Shown piece after piece: positions 30,168 through 38,939 of a stretch of 38,939 nucleotides of DNA; position 1 is the stretch's first letter; each line of letters starts with the position of its first letter. The position numbers and the translations under genes were made by a program. Source of the DNA: Candidatus Binatia bacterium (GTDB lineage: Bacteria > Desulfobacterota > Binatia > Bin18); the NCBI GenBank assembly GCA_963666315.2, contig CAXXHG010000026.1, positions 1-38,939 of the forward strand, given 5' to 3'. Below the pieces are notes generated by a model. The model saw nothing but the letters and a program-made list of their open reading frames with translations. It ran no database searches and was not told the origin of the DNA.

Positions 30168-31073
30168 TTGCTAGCACAAAGAGAAGGTGAGACTAGAAGC
30201 GAGCAGAAAACGCCTCAAGGGATCTTGGTTCGTAAGGTGCAGGTTGAGATTCCGGAGGACTTCAAGCCGTACTGGAATCCGGCCAAACCTGCGTTCAGCC
30301 AGTTGGCCAACGGTGCCTCAACGCTGCTGCCATACATGGAGCCCTTTATTACTAATTCGATCCGTCAAGCGTCGAAGCACATCACCGACCGTGCGCTCCT
30401 GGAAGAAGCCAAAGCCTGGATGGCGCAGGAAGCGCAACACTTTAAGCAGCACCGCAGATTCAATGAGGTACTGATCGCCGCAGGCTACCCCGAAGTCAGA
30501 GAGCGGGAAAAACAGATGGAACGCGAATACCAGGAACTCGGTAAACGCTCCCTCAAATATCAAGTCGCTTATACCGCTGGCTTTGAGGTCATGGCGCTGT
30601 CGATTGCTCACATGCTGATCGAACAGCGTGAGTATTTCTTTGGTGAGGCCGACGGTCATGTGGCCTCCATGTGGCTGCGGCATTTGATTGAGGAAATCGA
30701 ACACAAAAACTTGGCCTTTGATGTATACCAACATCTGTATGGTGGGCATTGATCCCGCGCCTACGGCATCCTGTGCGCCCTGATCCATATGATGGGGCTC
30801 ATCCGGAACAGCTATATCCTGTTGCTGAAAGCCGATTGGCTGGAGGGCAAGTGGAAGACGCGCTGGACGATCAAGAAGATCGCGTTTCGGCTGTTTGTGT
30901 CGTTCCTACCCTGGACTCTGCGTTATGCTCTACCGGGTCATCATCCTTCAGATGTAGTCAACCCGGCGTGGATGCAGGAGTGGGTGGCTCTGTATGACTC
31001 AGGGGAGCAAGGGCTAACTAAGCTCGATGCGAGAAAGATGCCACTGTCTCCCCAAGAGATGTTACCAGCCTGA
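30168..31073 (+). pseudogene. Predicted metal-dependent hydrolase (ferritin-like ExxH) with in-frame TGA
   Basis: QEAQH and EEIEHK motifs; after TGA (30750-30752) the frame continues SRAYGILCALIHMMG...PGHHP. Confidence 0.8.
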
Positions 31074-31294
31074 AAGCTTCTACCTCAGTTCGCATTCTGG
31101 CTTACTCAGACACGAGCTGCTGCATATAGTCCGTAAGCGCAAATGCGGAAACAGAGCGGCGGTTTCTACCGAGTTGTGTCATACCTCGCCTGACACGCGG
31201 CCTGAGTCTGATATATGAACGGAGAAAACTGCTACAGACCACGGATGGGGGAAGCGTTGTAGCCTACCTCGAAGAGCATACAAAGGAGGCGCGT

Positions 31295-32464
31295 ATGAGT
31301 ACCAAAGAACCTTTCACGATCAGTATCCCAGAAGAAACTCTCACCGACCTACGTGAGCGTTTGACTAAAACCCGCTGGGCGCAGGACTTCGCCAACGACG
31401 AGTGGGAGTATGGCACGAACGCAGCCTATCTTAAGGAGTTGGTCGAGTATTGGATCGAGCGGTACGACTGGCGCAAACATGAACAGGAGATGAACGCCTT
31501 CTCCCACTTTAAGACTAGGATCGAGGATGTGCCCATCCACTTCATTCATGAGCCAGGCAAAGGGCCGAAGCCCATGCCGCTTATTTTGAATCACGGCTGG
31601 CCGTGGACATTCTGGGATCTGCGCAAGGTGATTCGCCCGCTTACCGATCCGGCTGCGTTCGGTGGAGATCCTGCTGACTCCTTTGATGTGGTCGTGCCGT
31701 CTTTGCCTGGCTACGGCTTCTCCTCACCCCTGACCGTTCCGGGCATTAACTATTCGCGCACGGCCGACCTGTGGGTCAAGCTCATGCAAGACGTGCTCGG
31801 GTATAAGAAGTTTGCTACCCAAGGCGGAGATTGGGGCGCGATTCTGTCTGCCCAACTGGGCCACAAGTATGCTGAGCATCTCATTGGGGTGCATATTCAT
31901 CTGATGGTTCCGCTCGATTTCTTCAGCGCAGGTCTGCCCGAGGCATCCGAATATGGACCGGACGAAGAGGGCTGGTTTGAAAAGACCGCGCATTTCTTTG
32001 AAGCGGAAGCCGGCTACTTCCGGCTGCAATCGACCAAACCGCAGACGCTGGCCTTCGGATTAAACGACTCGCCGGCCGGTCTAGCGGCCTGGCTGGTGGA
32101 AAAGCGCCGCACGTGGAGTGACTGCAAGGGCGACGTTGAGTCTCGTTTTAGCAAAGACGATTTGCTGAATACGGTCATGCTGTATTGGCTCACCAATAGT
32201 TTCGGCACCTCCGCGCGTTATTACTACGAAGCCGCCCATCATGTGTGGCAGCCGGCCCACGACCGCTCTCCGGTAGTCGAAGCCCCCACAGGCTGTGCAG
32301 TATTTCTCCAAGAAGTCGCCTTAATGCCCCGTAGTTGGGCCGAAAAATACTATAACCTCCAGCGCTGGACCGTCATGCCGTCAGGCGGACATTTTGCGTC
32401 AATGGAGGAACCCGAACGCCTGGTCGAAGACATCCGTGCCTTCTTCCGGCCACTGCGTGGCTGA
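31295..32464 (+). CDS. Epoxide hydrolase (microsomal-type)
   Basis: YDWR, HGWP, PSLPGYGFS, QGGDWG, GGHFASMEEP. Confidence 0.95.
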   Translation: MSTKEPFTISIPEETLTDLRERLTKTRWAQDFANDEWEYGTNAAYLKELVEYWIERYDWRKHEQEMNAFSHFKTRIEDVPIHFIHEPGKGPKPMPLILNHGWPWTFWDLRKVIRPLTDPAAFGGDPADSFDVVVPSLPGYGFSSPLTVPGINYSRTADLWVKLMQDVLGYKKFATQGGDWGAILSAQLGHKYAEHLIGVHIHLMVPLDFFSAGLPEASEYGPDEEGWFEKTAHFFEAEAGYFRLQSTKPQTLAFGLNDSPAGLAAWLVEKRRTWSDCKGDVESRFSKDDLLNTVMLYWLTNSFGTSARYYYEAAHHVWQPAHDRSPVVEAPTGCAVFLQEVALMPRSWAEKYYNLQRWTVMPSGGHFASMEEPERLVEDIRAFFRPLRG

Positions 32465-32549
32465 TCGCGATTAGTGTAGCCTGGATGGAACGAAGTGGAA
32501 TCCGGGGGATTCGAGTGGAGGTTTCCCTGTGGGTGGGGTGTTCTGGACT

Positions 32550-33115
32550 CCGCTTGCCCGTCAGTCCCTACGACGAGTGCGGGCAGGACGAATGTTCGAG
32601 CGTAGTAGCCAACATCCGCTATCGTGGGGAATATCTCGCTTCGCTCCATAAACATGAACTGGATGCCGAGCAGCCAGGTCATGACCTTTTGATGGTCGAG
32701 ACTGGGCCGAAGCTCGCCCGAGTCCTCAGCTGCGCGGAGCATAGGTGTCCAATAGTCAGTGTTGGCCGCAAGAATCTCAGGGGCGCTGGAAGCGGCATAG
32801 GCCGTATAGGGAACGCTGCCTGGTGTAATCAGGGATGACCAAAAGTCGTCGCTGTAAACGAGCTCGACGGCTAATTCAAGTGAGCGCACAAGTTTATCTG
32901 CGAAGGAATGGAGCTCGGCTATCTGCTGACGCCGCCGAGCGTTGATTTCAGAGGTTTCGACGGCGACGACGGCAGCTATCAACTCGGCCTTGTTCTTGAA
33001 AAACCGGTATAAGTGCGGACGGGCGAGGCCGGCATCGGTGACCACCATTTCCAGCGTGGTCCCGGCGAGCTCCTTGGCGCGGAATCGGCGTCGCGCCGCC
33101 TCAACGATCGCCGTA
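32550..33115 (-). pseudogene. TetR family regulator lacking its 5' end
   Basis: AIVEAARRRF...TTLEMV...AGLARPHLYRFFKNKAEL; no start or RBS; the frame runs on through a REP into the convergent gene; ends approximate. Confidence 0.7.
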
Positions 33116-34005
33116 CGTCCGCGAGCTTCGTGACCGTGCGGTTGAGATCGCTACCGAGCTTATCGACCAGAGGGAGCCTGCTCGAGAGATGGATCTCATC
33201 GCGGATTTTGCATACCCGTTTCCGTTGCGTATCATCGGCTCCATCCTTGGCATTCCGAACGAAGATCATGAAACCATCGGCAGCCTCGCAACGGCGCTCA
33301 ATCCAGTCCTAGAGTTCCTGCCGATGAATGCCGAGGTGCTGGCCGCCGTGAATTCCGCAGTCCGAGAACTGACCGCTTACTTCTCCGCGCTCGCAGCCAA
33401 ACGCCGGTCCGAACCCACGAACGACCTCTTCTCAGCTATGGTCCATGCAACCGAAGACGGCGACACCCTGACAGACGACGAACTGGTGGCTGATGCCATC
33501 CTCCTCTACGTCGCGGGCAACGAGACTACTGCTGGCGGGCTGGGGCTGATGCTGCTCGCGCTCCACCGCAACCCGGAACAGCTGGCGCTGCTCAAGGCCC
33601 AGCCTGAGCTTCGACTCAACGCTGTGGAAGAACTACTCCGCTACGATACGCCCGGCCAAGCAACCGCGCGTGTCCTCACGACCGATGTCACTCTGGCTGA
33701 CACCACCCTCGCGGCCGGTAGTATCGTCCTCGGCTATATTGGCGCAGCGAATCGAGACCCAGAGGTATACCGAGAACCTGATACCCTCGATCTCACCCGC
33801 GACTTCTCCCAGTTGCCTCGTCCCTTGACCTGGGGGGGGCGGTGCGCACCTCTGCCTGGGCCGCATGCTCGCGCTCCAAGAATTCGATGTTGCTCTCGAA
33901 ATACTATTCTCACGCTGTCCGGACATGACCCTCGACACCTTGGAGCCAGAGTTTCGTCCTACTCCACTGATGCGCGGGCTTGCCTCCCTCAACGTGCACT
34001 GGTGA
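33116..34005 (+). pseudogene. Cytochrome P450, 5'-truncated and frameshifted
   Basis: DLIADFAYPFP, AGNETT, EELLRYD; a G8 run (33832-33839) shifts WGGGAHLCLG out of frame; corrected frame stops at 34005. Confidence 0.88.
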
Positions 34006-34100
34006 GACTGGGAGTGTCTCTGCTTTCACGCTATATGACTGAGCGAGGGAACCTCGCCCCTACACAATGAAGTATGGAAACCTGGAAACATGACCCGATT

Positions 34101-35150
34101 CTACACCGGCTTCTCAACCCGGCCATCGACATGTTTGGCGAATCGTCCCTCTTGGCGGGCATGCACGGGCGCATTATGAGCCCACGGCCAGCCACCAAAC
34201 TGGGTGCGCTGATAATCAGCAAACGCTTGTTGGAGTTCTTGGCGGGTATTCATCACAAAGGGTCCATAGTGGGCGACTGGCTCTTGGATCGGGCGGCCTT
34301 CTAGAAGGAGTAGCTCAGCAGGAGTCGAGCTCGCACGGAGAGGCAATGCAACATCCGCCCTCAGCGCAACCATGTGGCTGGCCGGGATACGCTCCTGCCC
34401 GATGCGGAGGTCTGATCCGGCGTAGAAATACAACGTCCGGCTGATTCCCGGCTTTGTGGCGGGCAAGGTCCAGGTGGCGTTCGCTTCCATCTTGATGGTC
34501 CAGATGCTGACGTTCGTTTCGGGAGCTGCGGCCCATGAATCCGGGGGTGGGGATGGTGCTTTGATATCGTCGTACGATCCCGCGACGATTTTCAGGTGTG
34601 TGCCACGACCCTCAGCATCCTTGATCTCCTTGTTCGGGATAGACTCTCCCCACAACATGGTGAAGTGAGGATCGACCATCTTGTCCTTAGCCGGCAGGTT
34701 GAGCCAAATCTGAAAAAGCTCAAGCGGATTGTCGGCATCGCTTTTCACCAGCGGAAACATTTCAGCGTGGACAATGCCTCTCCCCGCAGTCAACCACTGC
34801 ACGTCTCCAGCCCCGTATCTGGCAGTTGCCCCCAGCGAGTCGGAATGGTCCACAAAGCCCTGGTTCACCAGAGTGACGGTTTCAAAACCCCGATGGGGAT
34901 GCTGTGGGAAGCCGGGAACCACATCGCCGTGGTACATGCGCCAGCCGTTCCTGGGGTCGAAGTCCTGGCCGATGTCACGGCCTGCTAAGGACGCTGCAGG
35001 GCCAAGCTTGTCGTTACCTCTTGGATAGGGGTCATTATGGAAGACACAAAAGAGGAAGGGATCACGCGTCTGCCAGGGGAACGCGAGAGCAGTAAGCTCT
35101 TCGATTGCCGCTGCCGCGAGTTCGTCAATTCCATTCTGGTCTTGCGCCAT
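34101..35150 (-). CDS. Pirin family protein
   Basis: GFPQHPHRGFETVT, HSDSLG, TAGRGIVHAE, QIWLNLP, GPFVMN. Confidence 0.95.
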   Translation of the reverse strand: MAQDQNGIDELAAAAIEELTALAFPWQTRDPFLFCVFHNDPYPRGNDKLGPAASLAGRDIGQDFDPRNGWRMYHGDVVPGFPQHPHRGFETVTLVNQGFVDHSDSLGATARYGAGDVQWLTAGRGIVHAEMFPLVKSDADNPLELFQIWLNLPAKDKMVDPHFTMLWGESIPNKEIKDAEGRGTHLKIVAGSYDDIKAPSPPPDSWAAAPETNVSIWTIKMEANATWTLPATKPGISRTLYFYAGSDLRIGQERIPASHMVALRADVALPLRASSTPAELLLLEGRPIQEPVAHYGPFVMNTRQELQQAFADYQRTQFGGWPWAHNAPVHARQEGRFAKHVDGRVEKPV

Positions 35151-35306
35151 ACTAGTCTTCTCCGTTGGTTGTGACGCTCCGTCTAGTGTCATTACTAGGT
35201 CAGATCGTAAATAGCGAGAGGGAAACTCGTTTCATTTGCTGTGTTTAGCTGCTATTGAAGGTGAACCACCGGGTGATTCTGTTGAGCGAAATAAGAGGAG
35301 GGAAGT

Positions 35307-36845
35307 ATGGCGCAAGACACCGTCCAGACCGAGCTGTCTGAAAAGGCGCGCGGCTGGCTCAAATATCTTTACCGTAAGGCTATGGTAGACGATGACTGGT
35401 CCAAAGACGGCCGGCCGTCTGACATGTGGGACGATAAAAGTCTGCCACCCATGGGTAATTTTCATCGTTTTGATGCTGTGGACTCATCCTATGCAGTCGC
35501 AATGATGAGTGACATCACGCCGGCCTGGCGCGAGGTGTATAGCAAGATTCTTGAACGCCTGGTTGATCGTGTTACTTCGTACTGGGGCACCTATGACTGG
35601 TCCGAACAGATCGGCCCGGACCCGCAGCGAGAAAAGTATCCGGACGAATTTTTCCCCTTGCTTATTCCGGACGAACTGCGTGGCAAATATGACACGCCTG
35701 GTTGGGCGGCCAACGGGGTTGAGCCGTGGGGCTATGAGCCCGATCCGATCAAGGCGGCCGGCGCGATTTACTACAAAGGCTTTCTGTCGCTGACCATGGG
35801 CTTACACCTGTATGCGTCTGGCGACAAAAAATATAATGACGGCTTTTCGGTTGTGAATAATGGCGAGCACACGTTTCATTATACCCACACCAGCATGAAT
35901 GAGTTCATCAGCGAACAGTGGTGTGGCAGACCCGAAGGCTCGCATTGAGAGAACACCAAAGTGTGGCCGCTTTGACTCACGGTCACCAGCCTCGGTTTGA
36001 GGCTTTACGACACTTTCTATAACGGGAACACGTTCCGCGCTTTTGAGCAGTGGTACGAATACGCCAAGAAAAATTATATTGCCCCGTCTGAAGATCCAAT
36101 CCCTCCGGAGTGGGTCACTATGTATTACGACCCACTGGTTGATCTGAATCACACCATTCCTGCGGTATTCGGCTGGCTGATGTGGGGCTTTTATCTGCTG
36201 CCGAACGACCCAGCCATGGCAACCCGCTTTTATGAAGCTGCCAAGAGAGACTATCTGATTGAAAAGCCGGATGGCACGGCGCATGTGATCCTCGTACCAG
36301 GAGCAACAGACGATCATCAATATATGACAGTCCGTCTGTTGGGCATGGCCAACGAGCTTGGCGATACGGAGACGGTTAAAAAGCTACAGGCCCATGTCGA
36401 GGCTCACTACGAGCCAACCTGGGATCGTGACGCCGGCGAATTCTATTATCGTTTTGGATTGAACGAGCCGTATCCGCGTGGTCAGTACAACGCCAACCTC
36501 ATGGTGCCTGAAGTCGGCGGTCCAGGCTCTTGGTCACGTATGTTTGCCGATCCGAATCTGGAAAAGTTTGATCAACCCACGGTGTACGAGGTGGACTTTC
36601 CAAGCGTGGGTTTGTCCCAGGCGTATTACGATCGAGAGAAAAAAACGCTGGTCTTGCAAACCTATACTGCTGACCCTGCTGCCAACGGTCGGTCAACCAG
36701 CTTCCGTATTAAGAATCTACAAAAGCCGGATGCCTGTCGTGTACTTATGGATGGGCAGGCGTATGACAACTGGACTGTACAAAACGGGGAGATTGAGGTC
36801 TCAACTGAGATAGGCTTGCGGGCATTTCAGATTATTGAAGCGTGA
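35307..36845 (+). CDS. Linalool dehydratase/isomerase-like protein with two in-frame TGA (putative Sec214, Sec223)
   Basis: One frame through TGA 35946-35948 and TGA 35973-35975: DPIKAAGAIYYKGFLSLTMGL...GSH-U-ENTKVWPL-U-LTVTSLGLRLYD; matches LinD DPI...YKGHLNL.YGL...C-E-x7-C...L..YD as I recall it; RBS GAGGAGG. Confidence 0.85.
35957..35974 (+). promoter_or_regulatory. SECIS-like hairpin 1
   Basis: CAAAGUG-UGGC-CGCUUUG 7-bp stem starting 8 nt after the first UGA. Confidence 0.6.
35988..36004 (+). promoter_or_regulatory. SECIS-like hairpin 2
   Basis: AGCCUC-GGUUU-GAGGCU stem starting 12 nt after the second UGA; loop begins with G. Confidence 0.65.
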
Positions 36846-36883
36846 GATCTTTTTCATAAGTAGGACTGTAAGGAGGGAATACC

Positions 36884-38627
36884 ATGGGGAACACTGATCA
36901 ACATCCACACAAGCCAAACGGTAACGGAGCGGTTGAGCACTATGAAGCGATCATTATCGGCGCTGGGGTATCGGGATTATACCAACTGTACAAGCTAAGG
37001 GAGATGGGGCTTTCAGTACGGGTCTTTGAGGATGCTGGTGGAGTGGGCGGCACCTGGTATTGGAACCGCTACCCAGGCTGTCGCTTTGATTCCGAGAGTG
37101 AAACCTATGGGTATTCGTGGTCAAAGGAACTGCTGCAAGAATGGAACTGGAAAGAGCACTTCTCCGGCCAGCCGGAGAATGAGCGCTACCTCAACTTTGT
37201 GGCGGACAAATTCAACCTGCGCCCACATATCCAGCTCAATTCTTGTGTGAGCTCGGCGGTCTATGATGAGAACGAGCATTGCTGGGAGGTCCAGGTCGAG
37301 AATGGCCAACGCGCTCGGGCGCAATTTCTCATTGGCGCGGTCGGTGTCCTGTCCGCGGCGCGGTCGGTGTCCTGTCCGCGGCGCGGTCGGTGTCCTGTCC
37401 GCGGCGCGGTCGGTGTCCTGTCCGCGGCGCGGTCGGTGTCCTGTCCGCGGCGCGGTCGGTGTCCTGTCCGCGAAGTATACGCCCGCCTTTGAAGGGATCG
37501 ATAGTTTCAAAGGCGAATCATTTCATACATTTAACTGGCCAAAGGAAAAAGTGGACTTTACGGGCAAACGGGTAGGTTGCATCGGCACGGGTGCCACGGC
37601 AATTCAGCTTATCCCGATCGTTGCGGAGGAAGCCGACCGGCTGACGGTCTTTCAGCGTACCGCGAACTACGCCGCGCCATTACGCAATTCGGAGGTCAAT
37701 CCAGAGACCCAGGCCGTCTGGAAGGCCAATTATCCAAAAATCCATAAACGGTGTCGCGAAACCTCGGCCGGCTTTGAACATGAGTTCGACCCGCGTTCGG
37801 CCCTAGAGGTCTCGGAGGAAGAGCGGCTAGCATTGTACGAAGAGTTGTGGGCGCTCCCCGGTTTCACGAAATGGCTGGGTAATTTCCAAGACATTATGAC
37901 CAATCGGGAAGCCAATGAGACGTTTGCTGAGTTTGTCCGCAACAAAATCCGCGAGCGCGTGCATGATCCCGAGATGGCGGAACTACTGGCGCCCAAGGAT
38001 CATCCGTTCGGTGCTAAGCGTATCCCCTTGGAAACTCACTACTACGAGGCCTACAACCGGGCCAACGTGAAATTGGTTGACGTACGTAAGGCCCCGATCG
38101 AACGTATTACCTCTAAAGGGGTGAAGACTCAGGATGCCGAATACGAATTCGACGTCATTATCTATGCGACCGGTTTCGATGCGGTGTCTGGACCGCTGAC
38201 GCGGATGGATATTCGGGGCGAAGGCGGTCAGACGTTCAAGGACAAATGGGCCAATGGGCCACGCAGTTACCTGGGTATTCAGACTGCCGGTTTCCCGAAT
38301 TTCTTTATTTCCGCCAGCACAGCGTTTTGCAACTACACGGTCTGCGCTGAGATGATTGTGGAATGGATTGCGGATTGTATCGGTCATGTGCGTGAGAAGA
38401 ATCTGTCAAGCATTGCTCCCACCCTACAGGCAGAGCAGGAATGGGTAGATCACTCCAAGGAGCTTGCTTCGTGTACGCTACTGACCGATACGAAGTCTTG
38501 GTTTATGGGGACGAATATTCCTGGCAAAGCCCCCGCTCTACTCCTGTATGCCAACACCGTCCCGGAATATCGGAAGAGATGTGCTGAGGCTGCCGCCAGT
38601 GGCTATGAGGAATTTGTGCTGCGATAA
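36884..38627 (+). pseudogene. Type I Baeyer-Villiger monooxygenase frameshifted by a tandem repeat
   Basis: GAGVSG, GGTWYWNRYPG, FKGESFHTFNWP fingerprint, GTGATAIQ, ATGF; collapsing the repeat to one copy gives a 542-aa ORF. Confidence 0.9.
37334..37471. repeat. Perfect tandem repeat, 6 x 23 bp
   Basis: (GGCGCGGTCGGTGTCCTGTCCGC)x6 with no spacers. Confidence 0.97.
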
Positions 38628-38777
38628 AGAGAGCCGGTCTCACTCATACGACAGACAGCAAAAGTCTTCCCTTCTCCCTTCTAGGGAGAGGACGTTGGTG
38701 TACTGCATGGTCTGCACGAAGTCCTCTCCTGGGTAGACGTCTTCGTGCACCATATGAAGCATATGAAGGAGGATGAC

Positions 38778-38939
38778 ATGGACGTAGGATTATTATTTCC
38801 GTTTCGCAATCCGCCCCAATGGCGCAAGCCGTGGCCTCAGTTTTATGCTGAGCAACTCAAACAAACTCAGGTAGCAGAAGAACTTGGCTACGACACCATT
38901 TGGCTGACCGAACATCACTTTGCTGAAGATGGTTATTCT
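38778..38939 (+). CDS. LLM-class flavin-dependent oxidoreductase (partial, runs off the window)
   Basis: RBS AAGGAGG; AEELGYDTIWLTEHHF motif. Confidence 0.88.
   Translation, partial: MDVGLLFPFRNPPQWRKPWPQFYAEQLKQTQVAEELGYDTIWLTEHHFAEDGYS

Noticed and set aside
33832-33839. G8 tract as a phase-variation switch
   Set aside because: The P450 already lacks its 5' end, so a switch would do nothing; homopolymer error or decay is more likely.
37334-37471. 23-bp repeats as a CRISPR array
   Set aside because: There are no spacers and no cas genes, and the unit is BVMO coding sequence.
2506-38627. Genome-wide TGA reassignment (Trp/Gly) to explain the in-frame TGAs
   Set aside because: TGA ends full-length genes normally (for example at 4053, 30123, 32464 and 36845), and Trp is encoded by TGG throughout.

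Overview
Bacterial window. The left end is part of an rRNA operon on the minus strand (16S, tRNA-Ile, tRNA-Ala; the 16S signatures look Acidobacteriota-like). It is followed by about 36 kb of accessory, catabolic and redox genes with many truncated or point-inactivated genes, so the region is either a decaying mosaic or a chimeric assembly. The key observation is recoding that the ORF track hides. ORFs 35307..35948 and 35997..36845 are one 512-aa linalool dehydratase/isomerase (LinD)-like protein. Both catalytic Cys positions (C-E-x7-C) are in-frame TGA codons, each followed by a SECIS-like hairpin, so it is a candidate double-selenocysteine hydratase. It lies upstream of a Baeyer-Villiger monooxygenase (frameshifted by a 6x23-bp tandem repeat) and an LLM oxidoreductase. 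A second split ORF (7364..8038) is a UxxC peroxiredoxin-like selenoprotein with NemR-type operators upstream. Also present: an arsM-like/arsS/pstSCAB-like operon, arsR-arsI, a TAT-less reductive dehalogenase, trpB2, thrC, a MesD-like methionine-synthase-family gene, P450s, an epoxide hydrolase, a pirin and several REP-like repeats. Family assignments come from motif recognition by eye; no searches were run.
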